Positions 12,437-25,201 of a DNA stretch of 64,000 nucleotides are shown here, piece after piece. The notes under the pieces are model-generated. The model was not told the origin of the DNA. It did not search any database and was given only the letters and a program-made list of their open reading frames with translations. A program made the translations under genes and the position numbers. The stretch spans positions 124,001 to 188,000 of the forward strand of contig JADEYG010000004.1 in the NCBI GenBank assembly GCA_016906335.1, written 5' to 3'. The stretch's first letter is position 1, and every line of letters begins with the position of its first letter. The stretch comes from Novakomyces olei. Its lineage: Eukaryota.

Positions 12437-14749
12437 ATGAGCGACGAGGACCGACCCGCTACAGAAATGTCGACTCATACAACAGTCGCGGCTATGCCCA
12501 CGCTGCCTTCCTTCTCCTATTTCCAAATGTCAACACTCGGCAGCCAAATGCCCTCGAATGAGGCCGAGTCTCAACAGCCTTATATGGCACACTACAATGG
12601 ACATGTTCCCCCACCGGCTCCAGTGCTGCCGGCTCCACACCTCCACCAGCACCAGCACCATCCGTACAGTTTGGAGTACACACAGCCTCCGAACCAGGCG
12701 ATCCGGCCGCCGGCAATTTCGCCAATGGTCTACTACAATACGGCAAACGGCCCTCTGCGGACTCACGACCAGCTGCGGCGGGAAACTCGGCGGCGGACAA
12801 AGACGGGGTGCCTTACCTGCCGACGTCGGCGTATAAAGTGCGACGAGGGCAAGCCAGAGTGTAACAATTGCTTGAAAACAAAACGGAAATGTGAGGGCTA
12901 TGCTATGCATCTAATTGTGCGCAAGGACGATATGACAGACACGCATCAGTCGCAAAACAGCCTTACCGGCGACACTACTAATGGCTCTATAAATATTAAC
13001 CCTAACCCTAACCCTAACCCTTCTACGTTGCCACAGGCGGCGCTGGGGTCGATGCCTTACTCGCAGGGCTCAACGTCCGACAGCGAACCTGCACTTGCGC
13101 CACTGCGCCACGATGAACGGATCAGTGTGCACTCTCTGCTCTCTATGAACGAAAGTGCCTCGCATGCTAATCTGCGGTACCCAGCCCAGGATTCTGATGC
13201 AAATAGAACTGCTGCTCCTAATCAAATAGAGCCCTTGCAGTCGCCAGTTCAGCAGGCCGACAGTTTTTTGTGGACAGAAAACGGACTTTCACGGTACTCG
13301 ACTCTTTTCCAGGCGTATGTTGCCTGGCTGGCTCCGACAATGAGCCTGCTGGAAGCCTTCCCCCCAGACGCAAACTTTTTAGTCTTGCCTAGTAATAGTA
13401 ATAGTAATAGCAACAGCAACAGCAACAGCTGTGGCAGTGGCAGCAATAGTAACCAAGAAGCGGTGGCCGATTTCCTGCGTGGTTTTTGGACACTCTCTGT
13501 CCCCGAGGCGGCAATGCGAGACGAGTTTGTTGCCTTTGCCGTACTAACTTTTACAATGATTACGTACTGCCGAACGTGGTGGGCCAGGCCGGTTCCGCCC
13601 TTGACGAGTCTTTTACCGGAGCAGTCGTCTCCGCACTTGCTCAGTGGTGGTCATACTGCTCTGGCCTTTTACCGCTGTGTCATTGAGCACTATAAGCCTT
13701 CTTGCCAGTCAGTGCAATCGCCGGACGGACCAAGTATCGAGAGTCTTTTGGCGTTTTGCCTTTTAGCCGCTGCTGAATTGCAAGTACCAGACTCGGCAGA
13801 GCAGTCTAGCCCTGTTGGTTCTGTGGAAAAGTCTGCAGACAGGTCTATGACGGTGGACAAGACTGGTGCTGAGCAGTCTTGCTCCGTCCCTGATCTAGGC
13901 GGGATGCTGCCGAGTGTTGACAGGGCGGTAGGGGCACTGGCAGTGCCGTTGCCGCCTGAGCGTGAAGGCGAGAAACTGGCGAGAGAGTTGCTGGATTTTA
14001 TGCTCTTGCGAGAGATTGTTATTGCCTACCTGTCGAATGGCCGAGTCCCCGAGTCAGCCAGGCGGCACTGTGCCAGGGCCTTTGCAGAATTCAGCCCACG
14101 TGGGCCGCTGCATACGGTTGTAGGCGCGTCTGATACGCTTTTGCTCGTTATTGCTCGAGCAATTGCTGCTGACGGGGGCTTGTCAGCACTTGCAAGGGCG
14201 TCTCTGGAAGACTGGAAGACTGGATTAAAGCCCTCGTTTCTGCCAATGCGTACCCTATCGTCTTCACGATCCGGTTCAGCTTCGCCTGTGTCTGTCAGCG
14301 GCAGCAGCAATTTTGTTGCAAACCAAGAACTGCTGGAAGATTACCTGCATCCCTCAGAGGCAGCGTTTCATATGATCCATCGAATGGCATTGCTGCGACT
14401 TGAGCAGCAGAATCCAAGCCAGGATTCACATTTACAGAGGCAGCATATTCTGGCACTGGTCAGAATAATCAGAGGGCTTTTGCAGCACAGTGTGAGCCAT
14501 GGCCTCAGCTTAAAGCTGTCTGGCAGTCGGGAGCATTCGCCTCCACTGGATATAAAGGCAGTAGGCAACGATCCAGCAATGACGATACACGGATCCGCTA
14601 ATGCGGCCACTGCGGGTGCCCTGAACGTGGCTCAGAGCTTTTTGCCTGCGCTTCTTTTGCTGAGCAGTGAGGACGCAGAGCTGCAGCAGACCGTAAGGGG
14701 CCTGGAAGCCGAAGTCGCGTACCGCGTATGTGAGGAGGCAGATGTCTAG
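12437..14749 (+). CDS. Zn(II)2Cys6 fungal transcription factor (Moc3/Upc2-type zinc cluster)
   Basis: 770-aa intronless ORF with RRTKTGCLTCRRRRIKCDEGKPECNNCLKTKRKCEGY. Confidence 0.9.
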   Translation: MSDEDRPATEMSTHTTVAAMPTLPSFSYFQMSTLGSQMPSNEAESQQPYMAHYNGHVPPPAPVLPAPHLHQHQHHPYSLEYTQPPNQAIRPPAISPMVYYNTANGPLRTHDQLRRETRRRTKTGCLTCRRRRIKCDEGKPECNNCLKTKRKCEGYAMHLIVRKDDMTDTHQSQNSLTGDTTNGSININPNPNPNPSTLPQAALGSMPYSQGSTSDSEPALAPLRHDERISVHSLLSMNESASHANLRYPAQDSDANRTAAPNQIEPLQSPVQQADSFLWTENGLSRYSTLFQAYVAWLAPTMSLLEAFPPDANFLVLPSNSNSNSNSNSNSCGSGSNSNQEAVADFLRGFWTLSVPEAAMRDEFVAFAVLTFTMITYCRTWWARPVPPLTSLLPEQSSPHLLSGGHTALAFYRCVIEHYKPSCQSVQSPDGPSIESLLAFCLLAAAELQVPDSAEQSSPVGSVEKSADRSMTVDKTGAEQSCSVPDLGGMLPSVDRAVGALAVPLPPEREGEKLARELLDFMLLREIVIAYLSNGRVPESARRHCARAFAEFSPRGPLHTVVGASDTLLLVIARAIAADGGLSALARASLEDWKTGLKPSFLPMRTLSSSRSGSASPVSVSGSSNFVANQELLEDYLHPSEAAFHMIHRMALLRLEQQNPSQDSHLQRQHILALVRIIRGLLQHSVSHGLSLKLSGSREHSPPLDIKAVGNDPAMTIHGSANAATAGALNVAQSFLPALLLLSSEDAELQQTVRGLEAEVAYRVCEEADV
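12997..13021. repeat. Interstitial (TAACCC)4 telomere-like repeat, in frame (NPNPNPNP)
   Basis: taaccc x4 inside the Zn2Cys6 ORF. Confidence 0.9.
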
Positions 14750-15367
14750 AGTTCTCTTGTAGAGCTGGCGGGTCAAAAGTTTTAGCGTGTGGCATTTAGA
14801 GATTGCATTTTAGAGGACCGAGTTGATCAGAATGACGAGTTTTAGCAAAGTATGGCACGTATGAATGAATATATTGAAAATTTGTACCAATACCCTTCTT
14901 TTTTACGTGCAATAGAGAATGGATTAGCATGAATACTGAGCCACAACTGACTTGGATCGGGTATTGATTGTAGAATAATTAATGTTGTTTACTGGCAATT
15001 GTAGGAAGTCATATCGGCGTCGAACGCGTCCGTTTGTGGACGCGGTATTACCACTTTTTACCACTTTCTTTTTTTTTTTTTTTTTTGTAACTGATGATGC
15101 TTATTCCATAAATTGGTCTTTTCGAATACTATTGCATCATTGTAAGCTCTATTGTCATTATATAGAATTATATTTAATATTTTCATACATTTAATATTTC
15201 CCTTATGTTTAATATTTCCATTGTATATCCATCTAATTCATCCAATATATTCTGAAATATTCGATTAATATAACCAAATAAATTACTAGATTACATACTG
15301 CATACGATAATCAGGCATCATAATATAAGGAAGCGAGTGTCAATCGCCTTTTAAAAAATTTGACTGC

Positions 15368-17371
15368 ATGAAGAGCAGTGTCCTTCTGCCAATTGCGCAA
15401 CGGACACGGGTATCACAGTATTGCAGAGTACCATATTTCCAATCGCCGCCGCTCAATTATAACACTTGCGGGCGACAGCTGTCTCAATTTTCGTCGACCA
15501 CACAGCTTGGAGCAGTAAAACGCAAAATGCCTCCCAAAAAGCAGCAGCCTGTAGAGCGATTGCAGCTCGGACGGCCCGGAAACAATCTCAAGATGGGTAT
15601 CGTCGGTATGCCCAACGTGGGCAAATCTACGTTCTTCCAAGGTATGACGAATCTACGAGAAAATAGCAATAGCAATTCAATGGAATATCAAGTTGATTGA
15701 TTATTTGTGGCATCGTTTAAATACAAAGGGCAAAGAAGAGGGAAAGAGTATAATCGGAAACGCAATAAGTGAAATGAAAATAAGTTAAAAAGAAATAAAG
15801 AAAAAGAAATGACCGAAAAAGATTTCAGGCACAATTGACCCTTCAAACTCGAGTCTTTTCTGTACTAATTGAAGCCATTACGAAATCGTACCTCGGCAAT
15901 CCTGCCAATTTTCCTTACGCTACAATTGATCCCGAAGAGGCCAAAGTCATTGTTCCTGATGAACGATTCGATTGGCTGTGCCAATTATACTCGCCCCCTT
16001 CTAAAATTCCTGCGAACCTTACAGTCTATGATATTGCAGGCCTAACGAAGGGCGCTAGCACTGGCGCAGGTTTAGGAAATGCATTTTTATCCCATGTCCG
16101 GGCCGTGGATGCCATGTTCCAGGTAGTACGGGCGTTCGATGATGCGGAGATTGTGCATGTAGAGGGAGACGTTGATCCTATACGTGACCTCGAAATTATC
16201 CGCACAGAACTGCAGATCAAGGATATCGAATTTGTCGAGAAGCATTTGGAAGCGTTACGTAAAGTTACTCAACGTGGAGGACAGACACTAGAAGCGAAGC
16301 AGAAGCGGGAAGAGCAAGCGACAGTAGAGAAGGTACTGCATCATCTTGCCGTCGAGCACAAGGACGTTCGCAAAGCTGACTGGACCAACAAGGAGGTATG
16401 CACCTTTTAGTTTTCTTATTTTACAAGATAAAAGTAAAAGATAAAATGGATTTATTGTGGTGGGATTGTAACAGCGCCTTTGCCTTTGGCTTGCCTGTTG
16501 TTTTGATGACAAAAGGCTATACGCCTGATAACCCCAGCTCGTCGATTCTGCTTAGGAAACAGAACATGTGAGGATTTAAAATCTGAACTTATCCAAAACC
16601 ACAAAGCCAGCTTTTGTTTCGTTATGTACAATGCTAAATATTAGGTTGACGTGATCAATTCTTTGTTTTTGCTTACAGCAAAGCCAATCAGTAAGTCCCT
16701 TTTGAGCAAAATTTTCCCTTTTCGAGAATATCGAATAGCTCCGTTTATTTCGTTGTTTATTTGCGTTTATCCAGCCCTTTTACCTTTTTCTATAATGCAA
16801 ATTTGGTGTCGTTTTTCCACAAAGATTGAATTAAATGTTTAAACCAATACTGCTTTACTAACCTTCAGTCTACCTCGTCAACATGAGCGAGCGCGACTTT
16901 TTGCGACAAAAGAACAAGTACCTTCCCAAAATCAAGGCTTGGATTGACGAGAAAAATCCGGGCGATTTAATGATCCCCTTTTCAGTGGGTCTTGAGGAAC
17001 GGCTGGCGCAGTTATCGCCAGAGGAGATTGAAGAGGAATGCAAAAAACTCAGCACACGTTCTATGCTGCCAAAGATCACGGTTGCTGGTTATCAGGCACT
17101 GAACCTGATCTACTATTTCACCTGTGGACCGGACGAAGTTCGTGCGTGGACGATCCGTAAAGGCACAAAGGCTCCACAGGCTGCTGGAGTTATTCACACC
17201 GATTTTGAGCGTACATTTATTCTTGCCAATATTATGTCTTTTGCGGATCTTAAAGAATTGGGCTCCGAGTCAGCAGTCAAGGCGGCCGGAAAGTATATGC
17301 AAAAGGGTAAAGAATACGTCGTACAGGACGGCGATATTTGCCACTGGCGCTCGGGCGCGGGCAAGCCATGA
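15368..17371 (+). CDS. OLA1: Obg-like ATPase Ola1/YchF (4 exons; second in-frame start at 15527)
   Basis: [75 protein letters not shown] and [12 protein letters not shown]. Three GT-AG introns. Confidence 0.95.
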
Positions 17372-17707
17372 AAAGACTATTACACAAAACTATCATTCTA
17401 TCAAAAGAGATTATACTATTCTTTTGTCTTAACATTATCAATAATGTAACCTTGTCCTGGAACAGATGATAGATGCGTGGGGCAAATGTAGGCGGCCTCC
17501 CAAAGGGCCTTTGCGTATTACAAACATGGTTCTATCGTCAATGTAGAATTTGTCAAACCCTCTCCCATATGTTGAGTATAAAAATGAATTAGCAAGCAGA
17601 CCATATAATAATTACACTTAAACATTTGAACCGACCGATTTGCCTACATGTACAAGTTTGGATTACATATACAAACCCCATAATCAAATTCCGACCGCCC
17701 ACGCCGC

Positions 17708-18980
17708 CTATGCAGCTGACGGCTCTTGAGCATCAGCATACTCCGTACTAGCCTCGGAGATATGTGACGATCCTCGCTGCATCATTGGGGCCACTTCTGC
17801 CGGCGGAAGCATGCGCTGCCGCTCCGGGTCTTTGTTTAGAGAACGGCTATACGCACTTTCATCGTCCTCGTCACTAGAATCAGATTGAGCAGCAGCGGGC
17901 GGCTCAATCCATGCTGTTGGCACCATACAAGGCATACGCATTCCCACAGAAGCAGCTATACGTTAGTATGTCAAGGTTGGAGATTTTGAGGACACAAAGG
18001 AATGAAGACTTGTAGAATCGTTGAACTTGATTGAAGCAGAACCATGACACTGTGAAACAAACACTAAATAAAAACAATATAAAATAAAACAAAACAAAAC
18101 AAATAATAATACAATACTAATATAATTAATTAATTAATTAATTATAATAAAATAATTAAAAATAAAATAATTAAAAATAAAATAATTAAAAATAGAATAA
18201 TTAAAAGTGGATATTCAAGCCAGCAAATAACAAAGTTTGAAGATGAGCATGTACATTCGATGCTGTACATGTACAAACCTACCGCGATTGAGCCAAGCCG
18301 GTGCCGGAGAGCCAACGAGTTTCTGGCAAAGGTACGAAGTGAAATGGTTACAGTTGTGGGTGAGGAGATCGTACTGCGTCCCCAAAAATTCGCGTTTAGC
18401 CGTCTCGATCGCACGCGCGATCCGTTCTCCCGACTCGTATGTGAATCCGTGTAGAATACTTTCCCGGAAACGCGCCCCCGGCGGCTCGTGCCGAGGAGCC
18501 GTTGAGTATACTCCCGTTACGCCTTCGTACGCGTGGCCTCCATACGCCCATTCACGGCCTTCCACGACGACCCCCGAATGATATATGCCCATTCCAAAAG
18601 TCCATGTAAGGTTTGACAGTTTGCCCTCGGGCAAAAGGTCATAGACACTTGCATTAGCATTAGATCTTTGGCGCTTTCACAAGAAGATGGTGAAAATAAA
18701 GGTATGAAAAGAAAAGTGTGAAAAGAAAGGTATGAAAAGAAATAGTGACGAAAATAAAAGGCAATAACAAAAAGCGTCGAGGCTTGAGCGATGGCGTAGA
18801 GGCCGGGTGGAGCAGGAGGAGAAGGCGCTACACAAAAGAGGGAGAAAAGAGCGACAAAGGTGGATACTTTATATATACTTCTTTGCGCTTTGGCATTGAA
18901 GATTTTCTGGGCCGATTGCTGCCATTGTTCGAGCGTGAAGAAGAAGTCGAGTTCTTCTTTGCGTGCTTTGCGGCAGCCAT
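17708..18980 (-). CDS. PPPDE/DeSI family thiol peptidase (3 exons)
   Basis: Spliced EVYINVYDL..GIYHSGVVVEGREWAYGGH..YDLLTHNCNHFT..PAWLNRAA, carrying the His/Cys catalytic dyad motifs. Confidence 0.9.
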
Positions 18981-19183
18981 TGCTGCTGCTTATTATTATG
19001 ACTCTATTTCAATTTTTATTATAATATACTATTATTCGATCTGGTTATTAATATACGATTATTCGATCTAGTTTTTAATATACTATTATACGAATTTAAA
19101 AACCTGAATGCCAGGCCCAGTTGAATCGGGCAGATTGTGGGGCGGCAATAATGTACTACTATTAATGTACAACTAATAATTTA

Positions 19184-19503
19184 ACAAGAGTCCGCGGCAC
19201 TGTCAGCGGTGCTTGAGACTTTTCTGTTTAGCTATGTGCAATGAGCCAGTAGCAGACAAGCGTAGATTGTAAAGGATTGCTATTGGAAACGTAGCCGGCT
19301 GGGTTTGTGGAGGTATTTCTTGCACTGACTCCCTTGGCGGCAACCTTTGCCTTTATCATTGACAGGTAAGATTTACCTCCTCAGGCACACGCGTGCTTCA
19401 ATTACGGTCATTATAGAATGTATAGAGTTCTTGTCGGATATAGCAATGCATATATTCATAATCGTTTTATACTTTGCTAGTCCTGCTCGTGTACTGATTC
19501 TAG
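19184..19503 (+). ncRNA. Candidate structured non-coding RNA (family not identified)
   Basis: Four hairpins rich in G-U pairs on the + strand, no convincing ORF, AT-rich flanks, and a possible GTAAGA..CTGAT.CTAG intron at 19366-19503. Confidence 0.3.
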
Positions 19504-19775
19504 GATTTAAACATCTCTCCTATCAATGCCGCTTGAAACTGGACCTTCAATGTCTCTCTTTATTATATATAGCGTGAATAATACAATATGAATTTTGTGA
19601 ATACAATATGAAAATGAATTTTGGGAATAAGCTAATATGAAGGGACTGGGCTACGCTGCTCATGTTGAATAATGTAATAATAATTACAAAATAAATAAAT
19701 AATTAATTAATTAATTAATAATTAAATAACTAGGCGAAGCAGCAAGGCAGCGCGCGTTTTGCTCTCGTAGCCATC

Positions 19776-21920
<2,145 letters not shown>

Positions 21921-22276
21921 CATGCATTAAATAAACAATCATTTGGTTTATTTAATTTTTATTATTTATTTAAAAGATTTGTTTGTTTATTCGAATAACT
22001 ATAGTCAATATAAAATGCACTACAATCAAACCTTGGGTTGAGGCCCAGAGCTTTCGTGCAAGCCAGGGTTAGTGCCTGCTTGTGTCGCACAGGGTCTAAA
22101 GTTCCAATTAAGCGCAGTCTAGGGTACTGGCTCTACAAAACCAGGCGGCTAGGATAAAAGGCGATGCAAATTTATGGTATTAACAGATTGAAGGCTATAG
22201 ACACAGGATGGAAAAGCAGACTTGTAAATAGTAGCAAATGCGATCAAAAGTTATGCATAAAAAAAGTACGCAAAAG

Positions 22277-23224
22277 CTACCAGTCGATCTCGCCAGGGAT
22301 GAACTCGTTGATGAGCTCCTTGTAGTAAGCTTTAGCAGCCTCAACGTCCACAAGATCGTCAGACTTGGAGTATAGGTCGTAAGGATTGAAACGGAGAACC
22401 CATTCCTTGAGCTCCCGGTCTTGTGCATCCTCCATCCACTCGTACTCGCCCTCGCGATGCCACGGGTAGAAAGAATGGAACCGGATCATGGCCAGAGCCT
22501 CCTTGGGCAGCTTTGAATTTTTAAGCACCTCGTACAAGTACTCGTCGTGGCCATAAGAGAGCATAACATTGGCCAGGCCACAGCCTGGCTTGTAGATTCC
22601 GTGCTCCGTATTGTAACGCTCATCACGGGCGTCAGGGTTTTCGTCAAACGACTTGTTCCCATAGACAATCTTGTCGGAGAAACGGCAGCCGACGGGGAAC
22701 GTGTCGCCCACGACAGACCATTGGCCTGGCGCTCCGAAAAAGTAGAGCAGTTTGCCTGTATCGTGGATGAGGCCAGTAAGCTGCATCCAACGAGGCTGAC
22801 CGTCACGGCGCATAGCCTCGGCAGACTGCAGAGCGTGGTCGATCTGTGTAAACTGTGTATCTGGATCAGACTCGTCCACCAGCGTGTTTAGCAGCTCCAG
22901 GGCATCCCACATTGTCATACGGGCATGCTTTCCCGGAGCAAATTTGGCACGCGCTTCCTCGTTGTACTCCACAGTCTGCTTTGTATGCTGCTCGTAGTAA
23001 AACTTGCGAACACGTTCATTCTCCTCTGAAAAGTTTCGGAATTCTTCCTTGTTCTTCTCTTTTGTCCAGTCCTTGTCGGCCTCTGCGTCTCCAGACTCGG
23101 CGAATGCCTGATTGGCTGTGAAACTCGTGTCGTCCGCGTACTTGCGCTGGTTGTACTCCTCCACCAGCTCTGTCGTAGACTCGAGTTGGTGTGCCGAAGC
23201 AACGTTCTGTAATGCCACCACCAT
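22277..23224 (-). CDS. MIOX: myo-Inositol oxygenase (MIOX), intronless
   Basis: FYYEQHTKQTVEYN, LNTLVDESDPD, HALQSAEA.R, GLIHDTGK, QWSVVGDTFPVGC, SYGHDEYLY, IRFHSFYPWH and FNPYDLYSK are the MIOX di-iron family motifs. Confidence 0.96.
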   Translation of the reverse strand: MVVALQNVASAHQLESTTELVEEYNQRKYADDTSFTANQAFAESGDAEADKDWTKEKNKEEFRNFSEENERVRKFYYEQHTKQTVEYNEEARAKFAPGKHARMTMWDALELLNTLVDESDPDTQFTQIDHALQSAEAMRRDGQPRWMQLTGLIHDTGKLLYFFGAPGQWSVVGDTFPVGCRFSDKIVYGNKSFDENPDARDERYNTEHGIYKPGCGLANVMLSYGHDEYLYEVLKNSKLPKEALAMIRFHSFYPWHREGEYEWMEDAQDRELKEWVLRFNPYDLYSKSDDLVDVEAAKAYYKELINEFIPGEIDW

Positions 23225-24940
23225 TTTGGTTTCGGGTTTGATTCGACTTTTTAGCTTGGCGCCTGCTTAATCTTCCGACTGGCTGGGTCAAGTCTCTTGG
23301 TAGTCTGCCTCGGCCTAGCGTAGTCTCGGAGCTTTTGCGCCAGGGACATTGGGCGCATCTTTATATACTCTTGCTCCAAGCCGGGCGGTGGGATCGCCGT
23401 TCGCCTTCGTTTCCTCATTAGCCAATGCTTCCGACGAACAGCGTTCTGCACCTGTTCTAACGCATTACCCTTTTCGGTTAATCCGGGGTCGGGATGTCGG
23501 TACGAGCATTCTCGACCACTGTGTATTACTTCACACTAGCCCGAACGGGTAATGCGCCCACTCTGATCGTGGGAGATTAATATGATTATTTTGTGAGGCC
23601 GTTCATTGGACCATCGGCGAGGATACGCGCGTATAGAGAATACGGCGGAAAAATGTGGCCGGCGAGGAGGCAAACTTATCCCGCGCAAGAGTGCTGGCGA
23701 GACGCATCGTTCATGACGAGATTCTTATGGACGAATTTGATTTTTGATAGTCTCTTACTCCTGATGGCGGCCGCGTATGGAGAGGCTGTAGAAGTGTAGA
23801 CGGAGAATGCTTCCACCGTAGTTTGTAGTATTACGCTTATGCTGACAGCGCGAGAATTTGAATTTCTTTACTGATTCTTGCAGCAACCTCTAGCTGATAT
23901 GGTGTAAAATCATAGAGCCTGTAGGTGAAGTGTGCCGTCTTTGCTCGTCCACCGCTCTGGAAGTGTAAAATACTTTACGACTGAAGGACTGCCCAATCTA
24001 ATGCATCGATCGAGTGATCACAGCCTGGGTTTCTTGGCATTGCACGTACCTATTCTATCACATGTAGTCGTGGCCACTGACACAAGCAGCGTCTTGATCG
24101 ATCCATAGTAATCAATACTATAAAACTGCTTGGATAAAGCACACTATCTTCATCATCTATACTACTCTTTGGCACTTTTATACTTCAACTTCATATGGCG
24201 TGTATTATTTACAAACTTGCTGTATCTACTCTGGCTCTTGCTCTGCGAGTATGATAGGCCTGCCTTGAAACACAAGGCGGCCCAACCTTGATTGTACATT
24301 TGGATTTTTGTCATCCCACTCGGCCTTTCAGCTGACCTCAAAGATATGGCCTACAAATTTTAGTTTTAGTTTTAGTTCTAGTTCTAGTTTTAGTTTTAGT
24401 TTTAGAATGTTGCTCGCGCAATACAAAAACTGACTGGCCCTCTTCAATTCGCGAGTACGTGTTGTGGTCAGTTTACGCGGCACAATACGGAAGAAAACTA
24501 AACTTGTTTGTAGAATAGGTGATTGATTGCAGCCTGAATTCAGAACCTTGCTCTTGTTTCACTAGTATGCGCTACAACTTTCACAGCTAATGCCCAATTT
24601 TGTTCCTCAAAGACTTGGCGAACAGCCGTTGAGGATAAATGCTACGGCCACGACCACGCTTTCCCTACGAATAATCGCCCTGCGGCCAATCATATTTTCG
24701 CTATCAATGCCGCACGTGGTTGGCTACCTCGCCGTTGGATCAATAATGTGGGGTAATGAGTGGCAAAATCCCATAATAACCCTTATTCTACAGACGACAA
24801 GTAAGCATAAATAAGCATAAAAGGTTTAGACTGCTATGAGCATTAGAGGCGGTTAAACGTTTACCTCCACTGTTCTTCCAATCAGATACAATGTTACTTG
24901 GCATAAATAAAGACGCACGCAGAAAATACAAACCCAGTCA

Positions 24941-25034
24941 TAAACCCTACACAAAAACTCTAGACATAAATAGGCATAAATCTTAGTAGTTAACCCTAGT
25001 CCTAAACCCTAGTAAACCCTAGACATTAACCCTA
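24941..25034. promoter_or_regulatory. Cluster of five AACCCT(A) (telobox-like) motifs upstream of the reductase gene
   Basis: AACCCT at 24943, 24992, 25005, 25015 and 25028; TATAAAA at about 25145. Confidence 0.4.
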
Positions 25035-25201
25035 TATTGCACTGTCCTGACTCTGAATTATACACTCCAAAAGGATACTTGTAGATTAATCCAATCATTC
25101 ATCCCTCGCGCCCGCATTTCCAAAAAGTGGGATTACACGAGGTGTATAAAAAGACTCGAGTCGCCGCCCATCGTCAGCCCAACCGAATCACATACAGCAA
25201 T

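Noticed and set aside
19225-19375. U1 snRNA on the - strand (CTTACCTG plus an ATTGCAC loop)
   Set aside because: The 5' motif is imperfect, the spacing to ATTGCAC is about 130 nt, there is no stem-loop I or Sm site, and the G-U pairs favour the + strand.
25127-25201. GTG-initiated N-terminal extensions of the reductase (also PER1 at 31056 and the TTG start at 53379)
   Set aside because: ORF-finder artefacts; the reductase and PER1 extensions span TATA-like elements, and good ATGs lie downstream.
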